Positions 52,101 through 61,079 of a stretch of DNA of 64,000 nucleotides are shown here, one piece after another. The stretch is from an uncultured Pseudomonadota bacterium. GTDB taxonomy: Bacteria > Oederibacteriota > Muellerivitia > Muellerivitales > Muellerivitaceae. The stretch is from positions 178,416 to 242,415 of the forward strand of contig CAWJKT010000014.1 in the NCBI GenBank assembly GCA_963843375.1, written 5' to 3'. The translations under genes and the position numbers were made by a program. The notes beneath the pieces were generated by a model. The model did no database searches. It was not told the DNA's origin and saw only the letters and a list, made by a program, of their open reading frames with translations. Within the stretch, counting starts at the first letter, position 1; every line of letters starts with the position of its first letter.

Positions 52101-52131
52101 ACTAGTTAACTATGAGGGTCCGGATTTTTAG
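49103..52131 (+). CDS. Large cytoplasmic clan GH-A glycoside hydrolase (GH42/GH5-like), fragmented by multiple frameshifts
   Basis: Joining frames gives VGTTYM, GINMVRTGIW, WDFINEP (acid/base), F.EYLKKKHGDI..L..RW, CNHTWW, AQETG (nucleophile) and FIQWCWN. Shifts at about 50548, 50586, 50887, 50918, 51570-51630 and later; final stop TAG 52131. Confidence 0.7.
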
Positions 52132-52179
52132 TCGCAGCAACCGGGCAAAGAGTTTTCAATATTATTTTGGGGGTGCGGG

Positions 52180-54132
52180 ATGATTAGGGAAAATTCATGT
52201 TGGCGTTTTTAGCCGTTATATTCATTGGCTTCGACGGTTGAGGCGAAGTTGAAATTGCCCGCCCTCATTGGGGACCATATGGTTCTGCAAAGGGGAAAGC
52301 CGGTGGTTTGGGGTTGGGGGGACGCGGGACAGACCGTTACGGTTTCCATGGCCGGAACCAGCGTCCAATCGGTCGTGGATAGTGATGGCAAATGGAAAGC
52401 CGTTCTTTCGATTCCAAAGGTGGGCGGGCCTTACGACATGGTGATCCAAGGGGCCGAGTCGGTCACGGTTTCGGATGTTTTGGTGGGGGATGTCTGGATC
52501 GGTTCCGGCCAGTCCAACATGGAATTCGCCATGAAGACTTCCAGCGACGCCGACAAGGAAATTCCCCTTGCTGATATTCCCCAGATCCGTCTTTTCAAAT
52601 TGGATCACGTGTCCTCGTTTACTCCACTAGAGGATGTCCAAGGTTCTTGGACCCTTTGCACGCCCGCTACGGTCCCGGATTTTTCCGCCGTGGCTTATCA
52701 TTTCGGGAAGGAAATCCATGAGGCGCTCAAAATTCCGGTAGGGCTGGTGGAGAGTTGTTGGGGAGGAACGGCTGCCGAAGCTTGGATCCCCCGCCCGGCC
52801 TTGGATGCCGTTCCTGACTTGGCCCCTCTTCTGAAGGATTGGGATAACAACCAGGTTCAGATCAAGACTTGGACCAAAGGGAACGATTTTGAATTGTGGC
52901 TGTCCGATATCAAGTTCATCCCCAAAGATCCCAAAGACAAGATCCTGATGGTTTCGCCGGTGCAAATGAAGGACAGCATTGGGTGGCTCTTGGTCAACCT
53001 CCGCTAAACCCGGTTCACAAGCCGCCGTAACGGCGACAGGACGCGGCTTTTTCAGGAAAAGGTTTGGCCATTCATTTTACCGGGGATGATGCAGGGCGGG
53101 GGTTGGGGCGGGCTTGCCACCAATCTCGCGGCCACGCCGATCGACTTGAGCCGTTATGAGGCCGTTGAATTTTACGCCAAGGGTTCGGGCCAGTTCCGGC
53201 TGACCCTTGGGACAACCTTCCATCGCCGATTACGATTATTACGCCATGAAGGACACTTTCGATGCGGCGGCCTGATTGGAAATTGATGCATGTTGCCATC
53301 GCTGACTTGAAGCAGGGAGGCTGGGGGTCGCCCAAACCCTTTACGCCGGAAGTCGATCACCACGTTTAATTTTGCGGTTCAGGTTCCCTATTGGCCGGAT
53401 ATTCCAGCGGTAGTGTACAACGGCATGGCCGCCCCTCTGACGCCTATGCGTATCAAGGGAGTACTTTGGTACCAAGGGGAATCCAATACAGGAAGGGCTT
53501 CCCAATACCAATTGGTTTTGTCGACTCTGATTCAAAGCTGGCGAAAGGCCTGGGGCGAGGGGAACTTTCCTTTTATCATCTTCCAGCTTCCGAATTTTAT
53601 GGCAGTCCAATCCCAACCTTCCGAAAGTGGATGGGCCGAACTTCGGGATGCCCAGCTTCAAGTCTCTCGAACGGAACCTAAGACCGGTTTGGTCACCACC
53701 ATCGATCTAGGGGAAGCCAACAATATCCACCCAAAGGATAAGACAGATGTGGGACTTCGCGCTTCCTTATCGGCTTTGAGCCTGGCTTATCGTAAACCCG
53801 TCATTGGATCGGGTCCTCTATTTCATTCAGCAAAGGTCAAAGGCGGGAAGGTAATTTTAACTTTCGAAAATGTTGGGATGGGTTTGGTGACCAAAGATGG
53901 AGGTCCTGTAACAGGTTTTGCCTTGGCGGGGGACGATCAAAAATTTTATTGGGCCACGGCTCAAATAAAAGGCAAAGTGATGACGGTCAAGAGTGATCAA
54001 GTTCTCTCTCCGAAAAAAATCCGTTATGCCTGGGCTGATAATCCCATCTGCAATCTTGCAAATCAGGAAGGATTGACCGCTTCACCATTTAAGGCTGATA
54101 TTCCGTCGATTTTGGAAAAAGTGAAAAACTGA
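52180..54132 (+). CDS. Secreted SASA/CE20-like carbohydrate O-acetylesterase with inserted CBM11/CIA30-like domain, frameshifted
   Basis: IGDHMVLQR, VGDVWIGSGQSNMEF, WGGTAAEAW, IKGVLWYQGESN and NIHPKDK motifs. Insert reads IDLSRYEAVEFYAKGSG...W...IADLKQGGWG. Several single-base shifts between about 52980 and 53350 and one near the signal peptide. Confidence 0.8.
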
Positions 54133-54302
54133 AACTTTGCGGAAAAAGTTCAGGCGTGTTACTGATGGTTAAATGGCGATTTTCGGCCGTTCATTTTTAC
54201 TTTTAAACAAACCTGCTATACACTTCGTTATAACACCTTGAAGATTTCACGAATTTTAATTCAAATTTTGAAACCGCTTGCATCAATTGAATTTGGCGGG
54301 AA

Positions 54303-57300
54303 TTGAAAAGTATTTTAACGATGATTATCCGCGATCTTTTAATACGATTTAAAGCTGATCGCATCGGCGGAAGAAATTCTCAACTCTTCTGGCTTGCCTT
54401 CCTCTTTGCCTTTTTTTCGTTGGTTTTGCCTTCCGTGGTCTTTGCCCAATGTTCGATTAGTTCGGCCAATATCTGCGTGGGTGCGGATGATGATGGCTTT
54501 GTCTGGATCAATGGAAATCCCATTACTATTTCCGGTTCCGTGACTTTTGCCGGGGTCGAATATGGAAATGCTGTTCCTTGCGTTTCGGTTCCAACGTCCG
54601 ATCTGGTGTTGGGAACTAACGTCATCGCAGTTCAGGCTTATAACGCCGCCCCCGATTACAATTGGGCTACCTGGGCGCTGAGTGTGGGTATGAGTAACGG
54701 ATCCACCGTTTACGACACCAGTAGCAGCGGGAATGTCCAAATGTATAATCAACCCGTAGCGGATGGTCCACCGCCTCCCAACAGTGGAGCGACCACTTGG
54801 TGGGCCACTGGTTACACGCCGTCGGGATGGGCCGCACCAGTGAGCGTCGTCTATGCCCCGGCTTTTTGGCTTCAAAATGCCTTTAATCCATTGACGGGTG
54901 AACCCTTACCCCCCTTGGGGGCGGACCTGGACGGCGGAAATGGAACCAATACAAGTTCGGCAACTATTACGGGTGACCAGGTTGGCGGTGCATCTCTTTA
55001 TTTCCGACAAACATTCACTTTGTCGGCCACCTGTCCCACTGCCACGCCTACTCCTGATATCATCATTACCAAGTCTATCCTAGGCCCAAGCACCGGAATT
55101 GCTGCGGGGCAGGCCATCACCTTCGTGGTTAATATTTGCAATACGGGAGGACCGACATCCGGTCCAGCTACCTTTGTGGATACCTTAACTTCGTCCTCCG
55201 GATTCGGGACTGATGCACCTTATCCAGGTTACTGCTTCACCGATCTTTGGACGGGTCTCCCCCAATGCGCGGGCTCGGGATCCGACCCCACCTATGGACC
55301 GATTTTTTCAGGTGGATCACCTCTGACTTGGATATACCCTTCGGGTTTTCCGGGGGGAGGTTATTGTACTGCCGTCAGTATTTTTGCCATCAGTTATTCA
55401 ATTGGCACCGATCCTGCTCAATGCTTAAGTACCAACGTAGCAACAGGTGCTTGGAGCACCGGCTCGGCTACTTCCAATACGGTTAATTTTACAAATGTCA
55501 ATTGCACGACACCTCCCCCCACCAACACCTCAACCCCCACTCCGACCCATACTCCGACTAATACAGTAACCAATACGGATACTCCCACGCCGACAAACAC
55601 GCTGACCCCCACGCCAACGAATACCCCAACCCCTACTCGAACCAACACTCCCACCAATACGCCGACTTTGACCCCGACTAATACACCTACCAATACCATT
55701 ACTCCAACCCCGACCAATACACTCACGAACACCCCCACCAATACGGATACTCCAACGCCGACGAATACCCCTAGCCCCACCCCCACCCGGACCCCGACCA
55801 ACACACCGACGAATACGCCCACCAATACACCTACTCCAACGCCGACGAATACACCTACTCCAACCCCCACCAATACTCCCACGAATACGCCAACTCATAC
55901 ACCCACACCCACTCCAACCAATACACTGGCTAATACTGCGACGAATACCCCGACCAACACTCCTACCAATACCCCAACGAATACTGACACGAATACTCCC
56001 ACCAATACGGTAACCCCTACGCCCACCTACACACCCACCAATACGCTGACCCCCACGCCCACGAATACTCCTACCAACACCCCGACGAATACCCCGACTA
56101 TAACCCCCACGAATACGCCCACGAATTCACCGACTCCGACTAACACCTTTACCCAGACCAATACGCCGACCAATACCTTCACTTTGATCCCAACCGCAAC
56201 CCCTACGAACACTCCACAGCCGACGGCCACGACAGGTGCTACCGTTGTGCCGGTGCCAACTCTTACGCCAACCTCAACTATCACGCCACTTCCCACCAAC
56301 ACGACGACTTCCACGCCCCTATCCACCGCGACTTCCACGGCGACTTTGACCGCTACTAATTCGAATACCCCCACCAATTCCACAACGAACACCCCTACCA
56401 TCACTCAGACCAATACACTTACCAAAACCGACACCAATACACCCACCAATAGCCCGACTAGTACCACTACCAACACCGCCACAGCCACCATTACGATGAC
56501 TCCGACGAATACCAATGTCATCACCCCGACCTACAGCAACACCCCCACGATTACCGACAGCTATACATCGACTAGCACCCCGACGAATACACCGACCAAT
56601 ACGCCCACGCTCACCCTGACGAATACGGCGACGAATACTTTCACCAGTACCACCACCTCCACGGCGACCAGCACACCCACGAACACCTTAGCCAACACCG
56701 CCACGAATACCGCCACCGCGACCGCGACTAACACGCTTCAAAATACCGCGACCAATACGGCGACGAATACTTCAACCGGAACGCCGACGAACACGCCTAC
56801 CCTGACGCCGACTTTGTCATTGACGAATACCCCCACCGCCACCCCAACCAACACGCTTCAAAACACAGCTACCAATACCGCTACTAGCACCGCGACTGGC
56901 ACGCCGACTAATACCCACACCTCCACCGCCACCTTTACTCTGACTAATACCGCCACAAATACCTCGACGAGTACCCCGACCCTGACGCCGACTTTCACTT
57001 TTAGCCCCCTCACAAACACTCCTATTGTTACACCCCTGGTGACAGGGCAATACACGGTCAAAATCGGGGTCTATAACGAGGCGGGAGAATTGGTAGATAC
57101 GATCCTGACAGAACAACTCTCCCAACCGATCAATAGCTTCGCGCTTCAATCCAGCAACGCCATTACCAGCCTGAGCGGGCCCAATAACGCCGTGACGATT
57201 TATTACGAGGGCATTCCCCTTGGAAGTTGGAACGGGACGACGTCCACTGGAAGCCTAGTTTCCAACGGAGCCTATTATGTGAAGGTGGACAGCACGAACG

Positions 57301-57971
57301 CCATGGGCACCGAAGTGAGCACGACGCAGCAGGTGATGGTCAACCGGACGTTGTATACGTCGACGATCCTGATTTACAACGAGGCGGGGGAAGTGGTGAA
57401 ACATTTATACGCCTATACATCCGACCCGGGCCCTGCGGGAGTGGCGTCGGTTCAGTTGTCGGCATCGGTGATCCAGCCGGGGTCCTCCAGCCCGGGGACG
57501 CCCAGTCAACTGACGATTACATTAAGCAATGGAACAACCGAGGTGTGGGCCGGGACGAATGATAGCGGGGGGGTTGTGACGAACGGGGTATACGAGATTG
57601 AAGTGACATGGACGAATGGAAGCGAAGGCCAGGAAGTGGTGACGAAGTCGGTTATTGTCCAACAAGGGAACAGCCCGGTAACGAATGGCACAGTGTACGC
57701 GGCTCCGAACATTCTGAAAGGCCTGAACTCGACGATGGTGAAGGTGAATCCGACGACGACGGCCCTAACCCTGACAGTGAGCCTGTATGATGTGGCGGGA
57801 GAACTGGTGAAGAAACCGATGACGGGAGTCCCGGGTGCCAATGAGACAAATCTGGACGTGTCGGGATTAGCCAGCGGCCTTTACGTGGTAGTGGTGAACT
57901 TGAGCGATCTCAACGGCGGCTTCATCCAAAGGCAGACCACCCAAATCGTTATCGAGCGGAATTCGGATTAG
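54303..57971 (+). CDS. Giant exported surface protein: Cys-rich head, ~500-aa Thr/Pro/Asn stalk, three FlgD-Ig/CTD-like domains
   Basis: Signal peptide ending VFA-Q; head with [12 protein letters not shown]...GTNVIAV and an ITKS...[11 protein letters not shown] (DUF11-like) module; TNTP repeats; [16 protein letters not shown] and YDVAGELV repeats; terminal [10 protein letters not shown]. Confidence 0.85.
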   Translation: MKSILTMIIRDLLIRFKADRIGGRNSQLFWLAFLFAFFSLVLPSVVFAQCSISSANICVGADDDGFVWINGNPITISGSVTFAGVEYGNAVPCVSVPTSDLVLGTNVIAVQAYNAAPDYNWATWALSVGMSNGSTVYDTSSSGNVQMYNQPVADGPPPPNSGATTWWATGYTPSGWAAPVSVVYAPAFWLQNAFNPLTGEPLPPLGADLDGGNGTNTSSATITGDQVGGASLYFRQTFTLSATCPTATPTPDIIITKSILGPSTGIAAGQAITFVVNICNTGGPTSGPATFVDTLTSSSGFGTDAPYPGYCFTDLWTGLPQCAGSGSDPTYGPIFSGGSPLTWIYPSGFPGGGYCTAVSIFAISYSIGTDPAQCLSTNVATGAWSTGSATSNTVNFTNVNCTTPPPTNTSTPTPTHTPTNTVTNTDTPTPTNTLTPTPTNTPTPTRTNTPTNTPTLTPTNTPTNTITPTPTNTLTNTPTNTDTPTPTNTPSPTPTRTPTNTPTNTPTNTPTPTPTNTPTPTPTNTPTNTPTHTPTPTPTNTLANTATNTPTNTPTNTPTNTDTNTPTNTVTPTPTYTPTNTLTPTPTNTPTNTPTNTPTITPTNTPTNSPTPTNTFTQTNTPTNTFTLIPTATPTNTPQPTATTGATVVPVPTLTPTSTITPLPTNTTTSTPLSTATSTATLTATNSNTPTNSTTNTPTITQTNTLTKTDTNTPTNSPTSTTTNTATATITMTPTNTNVITPTYSNTPTITDSYTSTSTPTNTPTNTPTLTLTNTATNTFTSTTTSTATSTPTNTLANTATNTATATATNTLQNTATNTATNTSTGTPTNTPTLTPTLSLTNTPTATPTNTLQNTATNTATSTATGTPTNTHTSTATFTLTNTATNTSTSTPTLTPTFTFSPLTNTPIVTPLVTGQYTVKIGVYNEAGELVDTILTEQLSQPINSFALQSSNAITSLSGPNNAVTIYYEGIPLGSWNGTTSTGSLVSNGAYYVKVDSTNAMGTEVSTTQQVMVNRTLYTSTILIYNEAGEVVKHLYAYTSDPGPAGVASVQLSASVIQPGSSSPGTPSQLTITLSNGTTEVWAGTNDSGGVVTNGVYEIEVTWTNGSEGQEVVTKSVIVQQGNSPVTNGTVYAAPNILKGLNSTMVKVNPTTTALTLTVSLYDVAGELVKKPMTGVPGANETNLDVSGLASGLYVVVVNLSDLNGGFIQRQTTQIVIERNSD
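55866..56959 (+). repeat. Direct repeat copy 1 (identical to 62907-64000)
   Basis: Matches 62907-64000 at offset 7041 with no mismatch that I could find by eye; the antisense ORFs 56027..56404 and 63068..63445 are identical. Confidence 0.9.
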
Positions 57972-58003
57972 AAAAATCGGGGGAATTGGATTTTAGCACA
58001 CCG

Positions 58004-59245
58004 TTAATTTTTGAATTTATCTAAATGGTTTTGGACTTGAACAACCAAAGGATGGTCGTCTGGGAAGAAAGCCTTTAGGATTTCCAAAGATTCTTCCAGA
58101 TCTTTTCGAGTTTTTGGCTTTTCTCCCAGGGCCCATTCCACCTGTGCCAATTGATCCAAATCTAAAGCCACCTGTGGATGACGGGGGCCGAAAACCTTTT
58201 TTTCGGTCGCAAGGGATCTTTGCCACAGGGTTTCTGAAAATTTGGTGTCACCAACTGCGAGAGAGGCTTTGGCCAGCCGCTTCATATAGGGAAGGGCCGA
58301 ATATTCCATATAGGTTCCTACTAACGGTTTATCTATTTTGAGGGCGGACTCATATAGGGGTTTAGCCTTTTCATCCTGATTTTGAGACCGATAAAAGTCC
58401 CCCAGGTTTTCCAGGGCGTCTGCCACGTGAATGTCCGATGAAAAATTCTTTTGCGCGAATTCCAAAACCCTTTGAAGGGCGAATTCGGTTTTTGGAATAA
58501 GCCCTTCTAACTGGTAAGTTTCGGCCTGGCTGTTTAAAAGATGGAGGGTAAAATTGGGATCGGGATGGGTATTTTTGTTTTGTGCCTCGATTGCCTTTGC
58601 GATTAGGGATTGGGCCAAATTGAAGTTGCGAAGATTTATTTCAATCCTACCCAGAAGTTCCAGGGTTTGGGCAAGGGCAGCAGGGGTGCTCAAGGAATTT
58701 TCTTGGCGTATGGAAAGGGCTTCTTTTTCCAATATCTCCGCTTCCTGAAATCGGCCCAAGTCGTTGTAAAGTGCGGCGAGTTGCTCTTTCGAATCCGCCA
58801 CGGTTAAGTCCCTCGGGCCCAAGTTTTTTTCCCCTATAGCCAAGCCCCATTTGGTTTCTTCTTCCGCTTTCTCATATTCGGCCAAATAACGATGAAGGGA
58901 GGCTAAGTCGTTTAAAATAATGACAAGTGAAGGATGAACCGGGCCATAACGGTCTTGGGCAATCTTCAAAGCTTTTTCTTCGGCCAGAATGGCTTCATTG
59001 AATTTTCCTTCGTTTATTTGATTGACGGCTTGCATCCGTGAAACTCCGAAAAGTCCTGAGTCCATCATGGGTTCGGCAGCAAAGACATTGCCGAGGATTC
59101 CGACCCAAGTGATGACCAGGAAGTTAATTTCCAAAAATAAAACTCTGTTTTTATTAAAGGCTTGGTTAATCCTTTTGAATTGCGGACATAGAAAAGATGA
59201 ACGCTTAGATCTTCGACCCTTTTTGAAGGCAAGGAAAACCCTCAT
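58004..59245 (-). CDS. Tetratricopeptide repeat protein (kinesin-light-chain-like repeats)
   Basis: Repeated GP.HP...LNDLA.L....G.F.EAE...ALS units; hydrophobic N-terminal segment. Confidence 0.85.
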   Translation of the reverse strand: MRVFLAFKKGRRSKRSSFLCPQFKRINQAFNKNRVLFLEINFLVITWVGILGNVFAAEPMMDSGLFGVSRMQAVNQINEGKFNEAILAEEKALKIAQDRYGPVHPSLVIILNDLASLHRYLAEYEKAEEETKWGLAIGEKNLGPRDLTVADSKEQLAALYNDLGRFQEAEILEKEALSIRQENSLSTPAALAQTLELLGRIEINLRNFNLAQSLIAKAIEAQNKNTHPDPNFTLHLLNSQAETYQLEGLIPKTEFALQRVLEFAQKNFSSDIHVADALENLGDFYRSQNQDEKAKPLYESALKIDKPLVGTYMEYSALPYMKRLAKASLAVGDTKFSETLWQRSLATEKKVFGPRHPQVALDLDQLAQVEWALGEKPKTRKDLEESLEILKAFFPDDHPLVVQVQNHLDKFKN

Positions 59246-60468
59246 GGCTGGAATCCCTTATCTCCATCCAATGGCAGGGGAGTTGGAACTAGTTGGGCTC
59301 TATCCTCGTAGGGAGTGTTATGGCAGGAGGGGCCAAGAGCGCCCACATTGTCATCCCGTTCAAAGGCGTCAATCCAATGGGAAGGGTCTCCGCCATCAAT
59401 AGAGTAAATCGCCCTGGAAAGATGGGGGCCCCCATCAAAGGTTAAATCGGCGGCATCGGCCAGACCTCCGGAGTTTCCCACGTCAGAGAGGACATAGCAG
59501 TCCTCACAGCCTGGAAAACTTTTGGACGGCCTCCCCGAGTCGGTTTGAAAAACCAGGAACCAGCATTCGGGGGAAAAATCGGAAGCGTTTTTATCGTCAA
59601 AACCGATGGTCACCCATTGGAAATCAGGAGGAACTTGACTGGGGGTAAGGGCGACGGCTGAATGAATGGTGTAGGTTTTGTGAATTTGGAATTCGTTTTT
59701 GAGGATGCGGTAATTCAAAGGGGTCTTTGGGTTTCCTTGTTTGCGCACCCGAATCGCAAAGGAACTAGCCAAAAAACCACAGTGAAAATGGATGGCTTGT
59801 CCCTGGAGTACTTGGTGAGATTTGTCGTGAGGATCGCCATTCCCGTAAATCGGACGGGCACCGGGATCATCGTAAGGGTTTCCTTGCAACTGGGTTCCGC
59901 TGCCATAAAGGGCGTAAACGGGTTCCTGGTTTAATTCTTTCCAATTGCGGCCGTCGAAGTAAAGGACGTTGGTGGAAAGGTCGGGACTTCCATCATTGGG
60001 GTGAATGTGGTTTAGAACGTCTGTCGAAAGGAAAGAGGCGTAATTGGAAGGCCCAATCAACCCCACCGGGTGATCCCCGCCCCGTTTCTGATCCTGTTCC
60101 AAGACTAAATGATAAATCTTTCCTTTAACGAGAGGGACAGAGTCCATGGGGATGACGGACCAGCTTTTGGAAAGTGGAATGTAACTGGAGGAGGTGAGAG
60201 AAATACCGGAAGGAAGTCCATCGATATCTTCCTGCAGACTTACCAGGTAGGCGGGAGGGTTCGCGGATTCGGTGCAATAAACCGCAGAAGCGGTGATATT
60301 CATGTCATCTTGGCATGTGAAACGGAAAGACAGTTTTTTATCCGAAGCCTTTAGGGGATTTGAAATCCTTTTATTGGCGACAAACCAATTCCCGAAGTCC
60401 GCTTGAGCGTTGGCCGCTAGCAAAAAGGATAAAAAAAAGAAGAGAGGGGCCTTTTTTACGTGAACCAT
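59242..60468 (-). CDS. Hypothetical secreted beta-rich protein
   Basis: Signal peptide ending AQA-D; 408 aa; 4-bp overlap with the TPR gene. Confidence 0.75.
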   Translation of the reverse strand: MVHVKKAPLFFFLSFLLAANAQADFGNWFVANKRISNPLKASDKKLSFRFTCQDDMNITASAVYCTESANPPAYLVSLQEDIDGLPSGISLTSSSYIPLSKSWSVIPMDSVPLVKGKIYHLVLEQDQKRGGDHPVGLIGPSNYASFLSTDVLNHIHPNDGSPDLSTNVLYFDGRNWKELNQEPVYALYGSGTQLQGNPYDDPGARPIYGNGDPHDKSHQVLQGQAIHFHCGFLASSFAIRVRKQGNPKTPLNYRILKNEFQIHKTYTIHSAVALTPSQVPPDFQWVTIGFDDKNASDFSPECWFLVFQTDSGRPSKSFPGCEDCYVLSDVGNSGGLADAADLTFDGGPHLSRAIYSIDGGDPSHWIDAFERDDNVGALGPSCHNTPYEDRAQLVPTPLPLDGDKGFQP

Positions 60469-61079
60469 TAATTTATCCTAACATACTCTTTAATTTTTCC
60501 AAAAGAATGGAAACTTAAATTGGCTTTTCAGAGGTTTTCAAATGATTTTCACAACACTCAGGATGTTTTCTGAATCGTTGCGTGAACAAAATAAATTTTG
60601 TTCTCCCGGGCTTTTGATTCGATGAGTTTGAGTTATTTTCAAAAAGATTTGGATTGCACTCGCCGTAAAAATCAAACTTTTAAAACTTTATATGAATCAA
60701 AAATACGAGAAGGCCCATCATCCCATTCCGAAATAGTCGTGATTCGAATCTAACAATTATTATCTTGTCCTGAACTTTTTATGCGGGTAATTCTAGGTAA
60801 ACGTCAAATATCCTGCTTTTTGCAGAGTAAATTTCAAACCTAATATGTGGCTATTTCAAAATAGAAAGCGCTTCCAAAACAACCTTAACAATATAAGTTT
60901 ATGTTATAATTTCACCAAGGAACAACGATAAACTCATTTTCAAGTGCGGTTGTTGAAACCCCTTATATTTTATTGTTTAAAGCTTATTTTTATCAAAGTT
61001 TATAAAAACGATTCCCGGAAGATGCCCGATGTGTGAAGTTTTCAGAAAAATTAATTATTCAAAATACACAAGGGCTGCA

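Noticed and set aside
55500..57040. Dense short tandem repeats that might suggest a CRISPR array or VNTR
   Set aside because: They are degenerate codon-level repeats of Thr-Asn-Thr-Pro within an open frame; there is no constant repeat with unique spacers and no cas genes.
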